Shown: in pieces, positions 1 through 11,130 of the stretch | Numbering within the stretch: position 1 is the first letter of the stretch | Layout of the letters: each line of letters starts with the position of its first letter | NCBI GenBank assembly: GCA_963706325.1 | Contig: CAVPLT010000005.1 | Coordinates: forward strand, 290,454 to 354,453 | From: an uncultured Nitrospiraceae bacterium | GTDB lineage: Bacteria; Nitrospirota; Nitrospiria; Nitrospirales; Nitrospiraceae | Length of the DNA stretch: 64,000 bases | Direction: 5' to 3' | Notes under the pieces: model-generated | Told to the model about the DNA's origin: nothing | The model's database searches: none | The model's input: only the letters and a program-made list of their open reading frames with translations | Translations under genes and position numbers: made by a program

Positions 1-291
1 CAGAGGACAATGTCTCGGTAGAGATCCACGTTGCAGGATGTCGCGTCCGATCCGCTTCAAGACTCTAGCGATACAGGCAAAGCCGAACCCTGACGCAAAT
101 AGCTCGAATATTCCTACGACAGTCTTTGCCTGGAACTATGATCTTAAGAAGAACGATCCTTGCGCATGGAAAGTTGTGGATCGCTTTGGGGCTACATATC
201 TGTTTGGCGGAACGGAGGATTCGCGCATGAATGCATACCGTGGGAGGGGAGGGAATCCTCTTACACCGCTCACCACGACTGGAGGAAAATA

Positions 292-2160
292 ATGGCTTCT
301 CGGATCGAGGATTACGGTCTCATTGGTGATATGAAGGGGGCGGCTTTGGTTTCACGAAGCGGTGATATCGATTGGATGTGCGTGCCCCGTTTCGACTCGG
401 AAGCCTGCTTCGCAGCGCTTCTCGGCCGCGACGAGCACGGGCGATGGGGGATCCGGTCGACGACGATGGTTCGTAAGAGGGGACAGCGGTATCGAGGCGA
501 GAGCCTGATCCTCGAGACCGAGTTCGAGTGCGACGGCGGCGCGGTCCGCATTATCGACTTCATGCCGCCGAACAGGGACCGGAGCGACGTCGTCCGAATA
601 ATACAGGGCCTGGCGGGCGAGGTCCGGCTTGAGATGATCCTCGAAGCGCGGTTCGGCTACGGCGCGAACCGTCCATGGGTGAGGCCGAACGACGGCGCCA
701 TGAGCCTAATTGCCGGGCCCGACGCGCTGCATCTGCGCTCCTCGGTCGAGGTGAAGATGACCGCCACAGGGGTCTCCGCTTTGTTCTCGATCAAGCAGGG
801 GCAGACGGTCACGTTCGTCGCGAGTTGGGCTCCCTCGGATCGCGGTCTACCGGAGGCGATCGACCCGAGCAAAGCGCTGGCGCAGACCGAGGAGTATTGG
901 CGCGACTGGGCAGGCCGTTGCACTTATCAGGGGCGGTGGCGCGACGAGGTCCTTCGCTCGCTCCTCACGTTGAAGGCGCTCACCTACGCGCCGACCGGCG
1001 GGATTGTAGCGGCTCCAACGGCCTCGCTGCCAGAAGAAATCGGTGGCGTGCGGAACTGGGACTATCGGTACTGCTGGATCCGCGACGCGACCCTCACCCT
1101 CCAGGCGCTCCTCGTGGGCGGTTATGCGGACGAGGCCTTAGCATGGCGCGACTGGCTCGCGCGCGCTGTGGCGGGCGATCCCGCGCGCCTCCAGATCATG
1201 TACGGCCTGGCGGGGGAGCGCCGGCTCACCGAGTTCGAGCTCCCATGGCTCCCTGGGTATGAGAAGTCCCGGCCCGTGCGCATCGGAAACGGTGCCTGTA
1301 ACCAGTTCCAACTCGACATGTACGGTGAAACTCTGGGCTGCGTCTACGCCGCCCGCAAGGCGGGGCTCCCGCCGAATGAGGAGGCCTCGCGTCCGCTGTG
1401 GGCCCTCGTTGAGCACCTGGAGAAAGTTTGGCAGCGGCCCGACGAGGGAATTTGGGAGGTGCGCGGTGGGGGGATGCGCCACTTCACCCACTCGAAAGTC
1501 CTCGCCTGGGTCGGCGTAGATCGCGCGATCCGCCTGAATGAGGAGTTTGGCGTCGGCGGGGACGAGTGGCGGTCCATGCTGCCGCATCTGCGCGCGCTTC
1601 GCGAGCGAATCCACGAGGACGTGTGCGACCGTGCGTGGAATGAGGGCATTGGCGCCTTCACTCAGTCGTACGGCGTCGAGGTGCTCGACGCAAGTGTGTT
1701 GATTATCCCGCACGTCGGGTTCCTTCCGGCCGACGATCCCCGCATGGTCTCGACGGTGCGTGCGATCGAGAAGCAGCTCATGCGCCGAGGCTTCGTCCAG
1801 CGGTATGCCCCCGAGCTCGGCCTCGATGGACTGCCCGGTGACGAGAGTCCGTTCCTGGCCTGCAGCTTCTGGCTCGCCGACAACTTCGCATTACAGGGAA
1901 GATTAGACGAAGCGGAAGAGCTGTTCCAGCGGTTGCTGTCTATCAAGAACCATCTGGGTCTGCTCGCCGAGGAGTACGACCCCGTGGCCAAGAGGCAAAT
2001 TGGCAATTTTCCGCAAGCGTTCTCGCACCTTGCATTGATCACCACGGCCCACCTTATCGAGAATAGAGGGGATCCGGCGGCGCTGGCCCTGAGTGGCGAC
2101 TTTCCCATGAACAGCCGGCGTGCATCCGCGAAGAACTCTGCAAAGAAGGCCGACGTATAG
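292..2160 (+). CDS. Glycoside hydrolase family 15 (glucoamylase/trehalase-like)
   Basis: IEDYGLIGD N-terminus, GGVRNWDYRYCWIRD, QLDMYGE, DEGIWEVRG, GLLAEE and GNFPQAFSH motifs. Start moved from 160 to ATG 292, which follows GGAGG at 281-285. Confidence 0.92.
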   Translation: MASRIEDYGLIGDMKGAALVSRSGDIDWMCVPRFDSEACFAALLGRDEHGRWGIRSTTMVRKRGQRYRGESLILETEFECDGGAVRIIDFMPPNRDRSDVVRIIQGLAGEVRLEMILEARFGYGANRPWVRPNDGAMSLIAGPDALHLRSSVEVKMTATGVSALFSIKQGQTVTFVASWAPSDRGLPEAIDPSKALAQTEEYWRDWAGRCTYQGRWRDEVLRSLLTLKALTYAPTGGIVAAPTASLPEEIGGVRNWDYRYCWIRDATLTLQALLVGGYADEALAWRDWLARAVAGDPARLQIMYGLAGERRLTEFELPWLPGYEKSRPVRIGNGACNQFQLDMYGETLGCVYAARKAGLPPNEEASRPLWALVEHLEKVWQRPDEGIWEVRGGGMRHFTHSKVLAWVGVDRAIRLNEEFGVGGDEWRSMLPHLRALRERIHEDVCDRAWNEGIGAFTQSYGVEVLDASVLIIPHVGFLPADDPRMVSTVRAIEKQLMRRGFVQRYAPELGLDGLPGDESPFLACSFWLADNFALQGRLDEAEELFQRLLSIKNHLGLLAEEYDPVAKRQIGNFPQAFSHLALITTAHLIENRGDPAALALSGDFPMNSRRASAKNSAKKADV

Positions 2161-2282
2161 CGACAAAAAGCAGGAAGCTCCTCTGCATCGTAGGCAGCTC
2201 ACTTTCCGAAGCCCGCCGCCGAAGACAGGACGGGACGACTGCTTGCTCTGCCAATCTATCCCAACATCGCGGCATTCTGTTC

Positions 2283-2385
2283 GGCGATCTATGTCCCAGG
2301 AGCCGTTGCACCTTGTACCAATCCACTCCGGCCTGGACCATTTGCATGGCACGGGTATGGCGAAGATCATGGAAATGGAACTCCA
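2283..2385 (-). pseudogene. Tyrosine integrase C-terminal fragment
   Basis: FHFHDLRHT...VQAGVDWYKVQRLLGHRSP (HxxR and LGH boxes). No N-terminus, and homology breaks before the catalytic Tyr. Confidence 0.8.
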
Positions 2386-2483
2386 TCTGAAACGTTGGCT
2401 CTTTCATTTCCGACACCCATTCTTATCGAGTGCTTGCGTATGCCATGGTCTTCCCTTAGGATCGCGGCAGGAAGCACCCACGT

Positions 2484-2684
2484 ATGCCCCCTAATAAATC
2501 GCCCACAGAAGGAAGCCTTACTGTTGCTGCTTTGATTGTGTTAGGGCTCGTGTTTGCCGGACACTGGATCGCCAACTATGTGCAGAACGACAATCCATGG
2601 GCTATCACGCCCTGGTATGGCGGCGCCGCAGCGCTCATCATCATGATGGGTTTTTTCACGAACCTGCGTCGCGGAGGCAGCTAA
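2484..2684 (+). CDS. Small two-TM membrane protein
   Basis: 66 aa with two hydrophobic segments; AGGAAG upstream. Confidence 0.55.
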   Translation: MPPNKSPTEGSLTVAALIVLGLVFAGHWIANYVQNDNPWAITPWYGGAAALIIMMGFFTNLRRGGS

Positions 2685-2717
2685 GATGAAGGGTCTCGCC
2701 GACCCATCCTCTTGTCG

Positions 2718-2756
2718 TCCAGAGTTGACTCTCCAACCTGCGGTTTAGGAAATCGT
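2718..2756 (-). repeat. Degenerate tRNA-Arg(CCT) 3'-half / att-like remnant
   Basis: acctgcggtttaggaaatcg vs acccgcggtttaggaaaccg in the tRNA at 58749-58768, same orientation. Confidence 0.55.
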
Positions 2757-3558
2757 CTCCGGGACCGAGCCTTTTCAAAATCGTCCTACTTCCATTCCTA
2801 ATCCGTTGGTCGGATGTATAGGCTACCAGAGCCACCCCTTAGATTTTCTAGCGGGGCAGAGATGCTAACGGCGGTTGGGTTGGTTGGCCTGCACCACTTT
2901 CAATGATCACTGTATGCTCTCCGTGCTAGAGGCCATTCCTGCGGTCTAGGCTGGTTTGCCTTAGGTGCATCTTTCTCGATTAGGTCACAGGGAGGGGGAA
3001 TCTTCGGAACAGACCGGAACCAGCTGACCTCCGTTTTACGTTTCCCCCATCAAAGCTTTGACTACCAGATCAATTGCCTCGGCCCACAATGTATATCACG
3101 CGGACTGAGGTGCAGAAAGGAACGTATCCCCAATGTCCAAATAACGGATCCCCTGCCATCGGCAATGTGGCTGAAATATGGCATTAGCAGCGGGTGGTCT
3201 CATTCCTGGAGAGCTGTCGGAGCTTTCCCCTGACGGAAAGATCCAAGCAGAAGGAGCTTGCTGTCGGGAAAGGGCGCCAATAAACATCGCATGTCTCATC
3301 GTAAAGGCGGTTGCGGGGCTGCGGTTGTCCAGATCCATCCATTCGTGTGTGTTCGGTAGTCGTAGCACGATCAGACTTGATGCAAGCAGCCAGAAAATGT
3401 GCAGCGCGGACTGTGATAAGAGGACGTTGATAGGGAAGACTGTCCAGCGGTCGAAGGCAATGCGGTACCCGGCGGCCGAGCTTTGGCATTGAACCTGACC
3501 GCAAAATAACTGGTGATGACGGAGGATGGGCGCGGTAGTCTGTGCCGGAGGGCAGGCG

Positions 3559-3888
3559 CTATCGTTTGTACTCAACCGTAACTCGGACGAGAAAATCCCG
3601 CAGATGTTCCTGTTGATGCTGTAACGTGTCGAAGTCTTTGGCCAACGCAGCCTCCTCAAGGTGATGACCGATCGTACTAATCTGATCAAAGCCATATCCG
3701 CCGCCATCGCCCTTCATGCGATGGCCCAGAAGACGAATGGTGGTCAGGTCACCTTGCTTGAGACAGGCTTCAATCGTTGTGAGGTCGCGTTGTCGATTGG
3801 CGAGAAATCCCGGCACAATCGCTGCCAGGTCGGGATCAATTCGGACGACAATTTTCTCTCGGTGGGCATCGGGGCGCGCCTGTGTCAT
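3559..3888 (-). CDS. Hpt (histidine phosphotransfer) domain protein
   Basis: [14 protein letters not shown]pt motif; overlaps the kinase stop. Confidence 0.9.
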   Translation of the reverse strand: MTQARPDAHREKIVVRIDPDLAAIVPGFLANRQRDLTTIEACLKQGDLTTIRLLGHRMKGDGGGYGFDQISTIGHHLEEAALAKDFDTLQHQQEHLRDFLVRVTVEYKR

Positions 3889-5654
3889 TGAGGGCCGGTC
3901 CTTTCGAAGGCTGCGAGCAATTCAAGAAGCGTGATTCGTTTGAGAGGCTTGGTCATGTGGGCGTTGCAGCCCGCCTCGAAAATTCTCATGGCTTCTTCCT
4001 TGAGCGCCAATGCCGTCAGCGCCACGATTTGAACCGGGGGCAGATCCTGCTCCTGTTCCCACTTGCGAATGGTTTTCGTGGCGGTCAACCCATCCATGAC
4101 CGGCATCTGCATATCCATGAAGATCAGGTCGTAGTGTCCGTTCTGAAACTTCGCGACTCCGATCTGACCGTTATCTGCCAGATCCAATCGATGGGGAGTA
4201 TCCTTGAGATAAGATTTGATCAAGACTTGGTTGTCCAGCGAGTCCTCGACGAGGAGGATTCGCAGGGGCTTGCATGAGGGCGCCGTCGGTGGTCGCTGAT
4301 GCTGGGAGGTAGTCAAAAACGCACTCTGGCTGCGTCCGAGAGCGATACTGATCGTTTGTTGGAGGTCGGATCGCCGGATCGGCTTGACCAAATATCCGCC
4401 CAAGCCGAGATCGTAGGTTTTGGCAATGTCGTCGGCCCACCGATCAGACGCCAACATAATGATGGTAAGCCCGCTGAGTCGATGATCGGCACGAATACGC
4501 TCGATGACCTCAAACCCATCCATTCCCGGCATTCGACAATCCAGTAGCAAGAGACCAAAAAGCGTCTTCGAGATCAGCGACTGCTGCAGCAGATCCATCG
4601 CCTGTTCTCCGCTGTCAGCTTCTTCCACGAAGGCGCCCCACCCGAAAAGTGTTTCGCGAAGGATCAACCGATTGGTCGGGTAATCATCCACTACCAAACA
4701 ACGCAGCCCTGTGAGGTTCGGTGCGATGGCCGGCTTGGGTATCGATGGGGCCGTCTGTATGCCGAGCCGAACGAGACAATGGAAAGTGCTGCCTTCGCCC
4801 AGTGTGCTTTCGGCCCAGATTCGTCCCCCCATGAGCGTGGCCAGTCGTTGTGAAATCGAGAGTCCCAGGCCTGTGCCGCCGTATTGGCGAGCAATGGTGC
4901 TATGGGCTTGCGTGAAGGTGTCGAAAATGGTCTTCAACTTGTCCGGAGGTACTCCGATCCCGGTGTCCGTAATCGAGAATCGAATGACGCCTGCTTCCTG
5001 ACAGTCGGGATCGTTGGTGACCGTCATGACCACCGAACCCATCTCCGTGAATTTGATTGCATTCCCCAGCAAGTTCAACAGGATTTGGTACAGTCGATTC
5101 GGATCGCCGATGAGATGGCAGGGCACATCGGGGGCCAGGTGCGAGACCAGTTCGAGCCCTTTTTCATTGGCGCGAAGCGCCAGCATCTCACTCGCCTTGT
5201 CGATCAGCTCGGAGAGATCGAAATCGATGGTGTCCAGGTCTAAGCGACCCGATTCGACTTTGGAGAGGTCGAGAATATCGTTGATGAGGCTCAAGAGACT
5301 TGCGCCGGCGCGGCGAAAGATGCGCAGATACTTTCGTTGCTCAGACGTGAGTGTGGTTTCCCAGAGCAGATCGGCCATGCCGATGATGGCGTTCATCGGG
5401 GTCCGGATCTCGTGACTCATACTGGCGAGAAATTCGCTTTTGGCGCGATTGGCGACATCGGCGGCGTCTTTCGCGGTCTGTAGTTCCTCAACACGACGCT
5501 GCAATTCGTTCGAGACACGTTGCAGAGCGCGTTCGGCGCGCCGCCGTGCGGTTTGCTCGCGTTGCAGTGCTGTGGGCGGACGAGAGGAAGCGCGGGAAAC
5601 GGGTTTTGATGATGCTGTCGTCCTTGGCCGGGGGTGCGCGGTGCGTTTCGCCAT
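3885..5654 (-). CDS. Cytoplasmic hybrid sensor histidine kinase (HisKA-HATPase-REC-REC)
   Basis: [39 protein letters not shown] and two receiver domains; no TM or sensor domain. Confidence 0.95.
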   Translation of the reverse strand: MAKRTAHPRPRTTASSKPVSRASSRPPTALQREQTARRRAERALQRVSNELQRRVEELQTAKDAADVANRAKSEFLASMSHEIRTPMNAIIGMADLLWETTLTSEQRKYLRIFRRAGASLLSLINDILDLSKVESGRLDLDTIDFDLSELIDKASEMLALRANEKGLELVSHLAPDVPCHLIGDPNRLYQILLNLLGNAIKFTEMGSVVMTVTNDPDCQEAGVIRFSITDTGIGVPPDKLKTIFDTFTQAHSTIARQYGGTGLGLSISQRLATLMGGRIWAESTLGEGSTFHCLVRLGIQTAPSIPKPAIAPNLTGLRCLVVDDYPTNRLILRETLFGWGAFVEEADSGEQAMDLLQQSLISKTLFGLLLLDCRMPGMDGFEVIERIRADHRLSGLTIIMLASDRWADDIAKTYDLGLGGYLVKPIRRSDLQQTISIALGRSQSAFLTTSQHQRPPTAPSCKPLRILLVEDSLDNQVLIKSYLKDTPHRLDLADNGQIGVAKFQNGHYDLIFMDMQMPVMDGLTATKTIRKWEQEQDLPPVQIVALTALALKEEAMRIFEAGCNAHMTKPLKRITLLELLAAFERTGPQ

Positions 5655-5742
5655 ATCCTGGTCCGGTCGTCTCCAGCCTTCGTGCCAGCTTGCCCGCAGG
5701 TGGTGTGGAGTGCGGAGTCGCGTTGGCGTCCGCAGGAGGAGG

Positions 5743-6754
5743 TCAGTCCTTGTGAATGTGATGCACGAGGGTCAGCACTCCGGCCTGTTTGGCGCGATTT
5801 CGTCCTTCTTGCTTGGCTTGATACAGCGCTTGATCGGCAGCCCGTGATGAGATCGGTCGGTGCGGCTGATCGGTCGGGAACGTGCTCGCGAAGCCGAGAC
5901 TGATGGTCACGGGATCTCCATTGGGGTGTTTCATCTCGGCTTCGCTGAACTTTCCGTCTGAGTGTATCCGCGACCTGGGCCGCGCCGTCCACCGTGGTTC
6001 CCGGCAGCACAATAACGAACTCGTCTCCTCCATATCGCGCGACCAAGTCGCCAGGACGATTCACATGGCTCCGAATATGACAGCTGTGCCACCTGTCGGA
6101 GACATTCGTCGCCGGCCTGATGGCCATGGCTGTCGTTATAGGTCTTGAAGAAATCGATATCGAGCATAATCAGCGAGAGGGGAGTCGATTCGCGCGCGGC
6201 TCGCCGCCATTCCTGGTCGAGGAAATCGTCAAACTGCCGCCGGTTCGTAATCCCGGTCAGGCCGTCGAGGCAGGAAAGACGCAGCAACATCTGATTGGCT
6301 TCCTGCAGTTGGCGCATGACCTCAAGGAGCTCTTGCTCGCGTGCCCGTCGACGCTCGATTTCATGCACGAGGCGCAAGCACGCAGCGGACGCGTGTGAGG
6401 AGCTCGATTTTACTGAGCGGTTTGGCCACATAGTCAATCGCGCCTGCGGCAAACGCGAGCTGCAGGTCGACCGGATCTGTCTTGACTGTGGCCATGATGA
6501 TGGGGATGTCACGATATCGTTCGACGGCCTTAATCTGCCGACAGGCTTCGATCCCGCTGGTGGTCGGCATGAGGATGTCCATTAAAATCAGATCGACCCG
6601 GACTGGCCAGCGGCTTGCCGCCGTCGAGCCCCAGAAGACGAAACGCTGCTGCGGCGGATTCCGCGACGAAGGTGTCTTCGTAGCCGGCATTCGAGAGGAT
6701 GGATTGCATCAACAGGCGATCGTCCGCCGAATCATCGACGATCAAGATACCCAT
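5743..6754 (-). pseudogene. REC-GGDEF diguanylate cyclase, broken by several frameshifts (real or sequencing error)
   Basis: Successive frames give [56 protein letters not shown] and [15 protein letters not shown]. Confidence 0.85.
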
Positions 6755-6801
6755 GGCAACAAGTCTCCCTGAGAGGTGTGTCGTAGAGGGGATGCTAGCA
6801 G

Positions 6802-7449
6802 CTAGTCTGTGTAAACACCAGGGTAAAGCTTTTTGATGCAGGGGGTACAGAGCCCGTGACTGAATTCGGCTTCCGAATGTTGTTGAATGTATTCCTCCAA
6901 CTGTTGCCAGAAACCTTGGTCGTTTCGAATCTTCTTGCAGGACGCGCAAATCGGCACAAGGCCCTTCAGGACTTTCACCTCGCGCAAAGCCTGTTGGAGC
7001 TCCGCGTTGCTGCGCCGTAGTTCCCCCTCGCGGGCTTTGCGGCAATCCATTTCTTTCTTCAGCATGAGGGCGGAATTCACCCGTGCCAGGAGCTCCACGC
7101 TGTTGACTGGTTTGGTGATGAAGTCCATGGCGCCGGCCGAAAAGGCTGCCTGGAGGTTGTCGAGATCTGTTTTCGCGGTGACGACGATGACAGGAATATC
7201 CCGCAAAAGATCCAAGCTCTTGATGTGGCGTGTGGCGGCGACGCCGTCAATGCCAGGCATGAGACAGTCCATGAGAATGAGGTCGATGGAATGTGGAAGA
7301 TCCGATGACGAGGGGTGCGTGATCCCCAGCGCGTCATAGGCAGCGGAGGCTGAATCCGCAACTAGAAGATCCTGATAGCCGGCTTTTCTGAGAATCGTGC
7401 TGAGCAAAAGCTGCTGGTCCGGCGAATCGTCAACAACTAAAATCTTCAT
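6802..7449 (-). CDS. Response regulator with C-terminal Cys/His (ICASCKKIR...SHGLCTPC) tail
   Basis: REC domain (VVDDS, LMDCLMP, KP), coiled coil and a conserved Cys-rich tail. Confidence 0.9.
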   Translation of the reverse strand: MKILVVDDSPDQQLLLSTILRKAGYQDLLVADSASAAYDALGITHPSSSDLPHSIDLILMDCLMPGIDGVAATRHIKSLDLLRDIPVIVVTAKTDLDNLQAAFSAGAMDFITKPVNSVELLARVNSALMLKKEMDCRKAREGELRRSNAELQQALREVKVLKGLVPICASCKKIRNDQGFWQQLEEYIQQHSEAEFSHGLCTPCIKKLYPGVYTD

Positions 7450-7605
7450 CTGCGGACCCTATTCGATGAGTGGCTTGTGGGACGTCGAAACATGCCGAGG
7501 GATAGTCTGGATCGTCGGCATTCTGTGGAGCGACATCTACATGGCGCCCGGCGAGATCTGTATCGGCAGAATCGAATGAGAGATTGAATCTAGCTGGTGG
7601 AGGGG

Positions 7606-8055
7606 TTATCGCTGGAGCGCCGCTCTCACCAAATCACTGACAACTTTGCCGTCGACGGATTGGCCGGCCAAGCGGGCCATCACGGCTTTCATTACCTGAC
7701 CCATGTCCTTCAAAGACGATGCGCCGGATTCTTTGACCGCGGCCTCCACGACCCGTGCCACCTCTTCGGAGGAGAGGGCGGCGGGAAGATAGGCCTCAAT
7801 GATGGTGATTTCCTGCCGTTCCTTCGTCGCCAGGTCTTGCCGGTTGCCCTTCTCGAACTGCTCGGCCGCTTCTTTTCTCTGCTTGATCAGCGTGGTCATA
7901 ATCCGGCTCATTCCGGCATCGTCCAGATCTTGCTTCAGCTCGACTTCCTTGTATTGCACGGCGGCCTTGATCATGCGGATCACGTCCATGCGGAGTTGAT
8001 CTCTGGACTTCATCGCCGATTTCAAATCTTCGCTTAACCGATCATGCAATGACAT
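7606..8055 (-). CDS. GatB/YqeY domain protein
   Basis: LSEDLKSAMKSRD, KQRKEAAEQF, YLPAALS and KDMGQVMK motifs. Confidence 0.93.
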   Translation of the reverse strand: MSLHDRLSEDLKSAMKSRDQLRMDVIRMIKAAVQYKEVELKQDLDDAGMSRIMTTLIKQRKEAAEQFEKGNRQDLATKERQEITIIEAYLPAALSSEEVARVVEAAVKESGASSLKDMGQVMKAVMARLAGQSVDGKVVSDLVRAALQR

Positions 8056-8263
8056 GGAATTCCTTTCAGATAGACGCCTACCGTCATGCAGAATAACTGC
8101 TTTGCCAAAAGCAGTCAACGAGATCGGGCTGACATCTCTTGCGGAAGGGGGCGCCACGTGACGTCGGGCGTGGCGTTTTCATCTTGAGCGCAGGTGAAGA
8201 CTATCCCATAATGTAGCGCCTACGAGGGGGATGAACGTGACTGCCATGAAAGGGGAGCAGCGT

Positions 8264-8476
8264 ATGGATAACAAAGGTGTAGGGATAGGAACAAACATTC
8301 GGTTCAAGGGAGTTGTCTGCGGCCTCATCGCAACTGCCGTGCTGGTCGTGGCTTGCGCGAGCGAAAAGCCGAAACCGATGGGCCAGCCCTCTTCGGAGCA
8401 GGTGAAAGGGAGTGCGGATCGCGCCTTTGATAAGCTCAAGCAGGAAGAGAGGGAGCGTAAGGCGGCAGGAATGTAA
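8264..8476 (+). CDS. Small lipoprotein
   Basis: Signal peptide ending LVVAC; GGGGAG RBS. Confidence 0.7.
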   Translation: MDNKGVGIGTNIRFKGVVCGLIATAVLVVACASEKPKPMGQPSSEQVKGSADRAFDKLKQEERERKAAGM

Positions 8477-8505
8477 CTTGCCTAGGCTGGCATATTTGTC
8501 ATCGG

Positions 8506-9915
8506 TCAGGTCGGGTTTCGCCAGGGCCAGCGTGCGGCAAGCGGTTTGACCAGCGGAAGTTCCCATACCAACCGTCGATGAGGCGGCGGGATGAGATGAC
8601 GCGGCTCACCGAACGTCCCCAATAGAGTCACGGAGATCAGCAATCGCAACGCACCGGAGAGGCAAAAGACGAACGGCAGGTTGGATGCCGGTGTCACTTC
8701 CCACAGACCTAGCGAGAGCTGGGTCGGGATAATGGTCGCGAGCCAACTACCAGTCAAGGCTCCGACACCCCATCCGACCGCATTCATCGCATTGGCAAGC
8801 GCCACGCCCCGCGTGCGTTCCTCGGGCCGGAGCGAGTCGAAGACATAATTCTGTAGTCCCAGTGATAATCCCGCCCATATCACGCCGCCCCCAAAATTCC
8901 AGATCAACAGAAACACATAGTGATCACTCAGCAGATAGCCCATCGGCAGCAGCGGCACGGCCAGTCCGGTGACTGTCAGCATTGTTTTATTGCCATACCG
9001 ATCGCCGACTTGCCCCCATGCGGTGAGGGTGAGGAACTGTGCAGAGATGCTGCTGGCCATCCATCCGGCATACTGCAGATAGCTCCAGTGCAGATCTCGT
9101 AGCAGGTAGACGACAAAGAACGGACCTGAAACGAGCACAGCAAAATGCATCAACCCAGAAAACAGCAGGAAGTAGCGAAAGTCGGTCGTCGCACTTTCAA
9201 CAAGAAAATGCCAAAAGCCCTTCGGGGCCTCGACCTGGTGCGTCGGGACTAACGTTGAGATTTTAGTCTGGCACCGCGTGGCTCCCATTCGCGCGGCCGC
9301 GGCACTTAAAAAAATCACTACGAACCCGAGCCAACTGATCCCCCATTTCTGGCCGAGCGTCAAGATCGTTCCCGCTACTCCCAAAGCCACGAAGCTCGTT
9401 AGTGCCGTGATGCGAGCTCGATGAGCGAAGTAGGCTCCCCGGCCATTCGGTTCGACCAAGTCAATCAGCAAGCTGTTCCACGCAGGGGTCGGGGCCTGTC
9501 CGAACGCGAAATACAGCATGGCGCATCCGATAAGAAGCCATGGGCCATGTTCAGGTATGAGCAGGGGGAGTGCGAGGAGCGGAAGCCAACAGAGGGTCTG
9601 TCCCCATCCGCCGGCGAAAATGAGCTGGCCGGGTGTACGGAGGTACCGAAGGAGTTTCACCGACGACAGCTGCGCCACCATCCCGACCAATTGGGGTAAC
9701 GCGGAGAGGATACCGATGTGAAATGGCGAAGCATGCAAAAGCAAGGCAAAGGCTGCGAAATAGGTTTCTCCCCCGCCTTGCGCCGCTGCCTGAAAGGCCG
9801 CATCGCGAACGCCCTGTTGTCGGCTCAGAGCCTTGGTGTCTTGTTCGAGCGAGGGATCTCGACCGCATGAGGATGCCGTCGTTGAGATGTGCCTGTCGGC
9901 AGGTGGCTGATTCAT
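8506..9915 (-). CDS. MFS-type transporter
   Basis: About 12 hydrophobic segments; WGQVGDRYGNK loop motif. Confidence 0.88.
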   Translation of the reverse strand: MNQPPADRHISTTASSCGRDPSLEQDTKALSRQQGVRDAAFQAAAQGGGETYFAAFALLLHASPFHIGILSALPQLVGMVAQLSSVKLLRYLRTPGQLIFAGGWGQTLCWLPLLALPLLIPEHGPWLLIGCAMLYFAFGQAPTPAWNSLLIDLVEPNGRGAYFAHRARITALTSFVALGVAGTILTLGQKWGISWLGFVVIFLSAAAARMGATRCQTKISTLVPTHQVEAPKGFWHFLVESATTDFRYFLLFSGLMHFAVLVSGPFFVVYLLRDLHWSYLQYAGWMASSISAQFLTLTAWGQVGDRYGNKTMLTVTGLAVPLLPMGYLLSDHYVFLLIWNFGGGVIWAGLSLGLQNYVFDSLRPEERTRGVALANAMNAVGWGVGALTGSWLATIIPTQLSLGLWEVTPASNLPFVFCLSGALRLLISVTLLGTFGEPRHLIPPPHRRLVWELPLVKPLAARWPWRNPT

Positions 9916-10068
9916 AAGGCCATGCAGTGTTTAAGAGCTGACTGACAGATGTGTAGGGTACGGGACTTTGAGGATCATGAGGATTATATCAGAGCGCCGG
10001 TCCACTTCTGGTGCGTCAGCGCTTGGCGCCCGGTTGACCCCTTGAGCAACAGTGAGTACGATATTCAC

Positions 10069-10758
10069 ATGGATCTCAAGATGACATGGCCAGGCCCCAC
10101 CCGGTCCGCCTATGGCGCATGGTCAATTTTCCGACTCATGTCAGGGCTCCTTGTGATGGTTGGGTTGGGGTTATCGAACACGACGGTGGAAGGGCGTGAT
10201 CTGATGGTCCCGAAAGAGCAGGCGACCACGGAGTACGAGCCGACCGAGGCACCGTCCCTTGATGTGCAACGCAAGGGCGTTCCGCAGTCGCTCTTTACCT
10301 GGATCAAGATGGCGCGCGGCTATGAGGTGGAGTGGGATTCGTTTGGACGAAAGGGGTGGTATACGCAGGACCCTCGTCTCAAACCGGTGGACCCGGATAC
10401 AAGCCTGTTCACTTCTGACACTCCCGCGGTCTACATTGTGTTTGAGGTCGCCCCGCTTGAAGACCCGGCGCAGTTTGCCGCGCAGGTATTTCCCGTGGGA
10501 GCAGACGGCAAGACCAGTGACACCGTGATCGTGCGTGATAGTCTGGAGGTCCCAGGCCATGAGCGGTATGGATTCTTGGAGCTGAAAAAGCCATCGGAAC
10601 GATGGCCGTTAGGAACATACCTGGTCAAAATCTACATTACCTCCCTCGGGCAGCAACCCTTCCATGCCGTCAATCAAGTCGGCACTATGCATTTTTCAGT
10701 GACCGACCAACCGATGTCGAGTGCCCCACCTACTTCACCGGATTCCACGACACGTTGA
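10069..10758 (+). CDS. Hypothetical exported protein
   Basis: Long ORF with a signal-like hydrophobic stretch; start uncertain. Confidence 0.65.
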   Translation: MDLKMTWPGPTRSAYGAWSIFRLMSGLLVMVGLGLSNTTVEGRDLMVPKEQATTEYEPTEAPSLDVQRKGVPQSLFTWIKMARGYEVEWDSFGRKGWYTQDPRLKPVDPDTSLFTSDTPAVYIVFEVAPLEDPAQFAAQVFPVGADGKTSDTVIVRDSLEVPGHERYGFLELKKPSERWPLGTYLVKIYITSLGQQPFHAVNQVGTMHFSVTDQPMSSAPPTSPDSTTR

Positions 10759-10847
10759 ATATCGCCCGCCGCTTGGTCTAACGTGCAGCACCGTGTGCTC
10801 TAGCCGAGCGCAACGCTGGTCAAGTGATTTTACCCAGGAGCAGGTGC

Positions 10848-11123
10848 ATGAAGGAAACCGATGCGGAGAAGTTGGCGTTGTTATATGAGCGTTTTCGGGA
10901 TGTCTGTTTGGTCGAGAAGGAAGTGTGGACGGAAATCTATATGCCCAGGACTTTCAAAGACGGGACTGCCGTGAGGACGAACATTCAAGACCGGTACCAC
11001 GTCGTGATCGATGATCAAGCGGTAGAGGATGCCTTGGAGGCGAACATCCCTCTTGGACAGGCCGCGTTAGGAGCGGCCATCCAAGAGTATCGAGCCCACA
11101 TAAGTTTTGAGAAGCAGGCGTAG
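10848..11123 (+). CDS. Hypothetical protein
   Basis: AGGAG upstream of ATG; globular composition. Confidence 0.7.
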   Translation: MKETDAEKLALLYERFRDVCLVEKEVWTEIYMPRTFKDGTAVRTNIQDRYHVVIDDQAVEDALEANIPLGQAALGAAIQEYRAHISFEKQA

Positions 11124-11130
11124 AACAGCG

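Noticed and set aside
72..135. ggcaaagccgaaccctgacgcaaa resembles a c-di-GMP-I riboswitch
   Set aside because: No paired P2 stem with a GNRA loop and no P3 arm; only a 9-bp inverted repeat is present.
3096..3540. Overlapping ORFs between the att scar and the Hpt gene
   Set aside because: No recognisable motifs, RBS or consistent frame.
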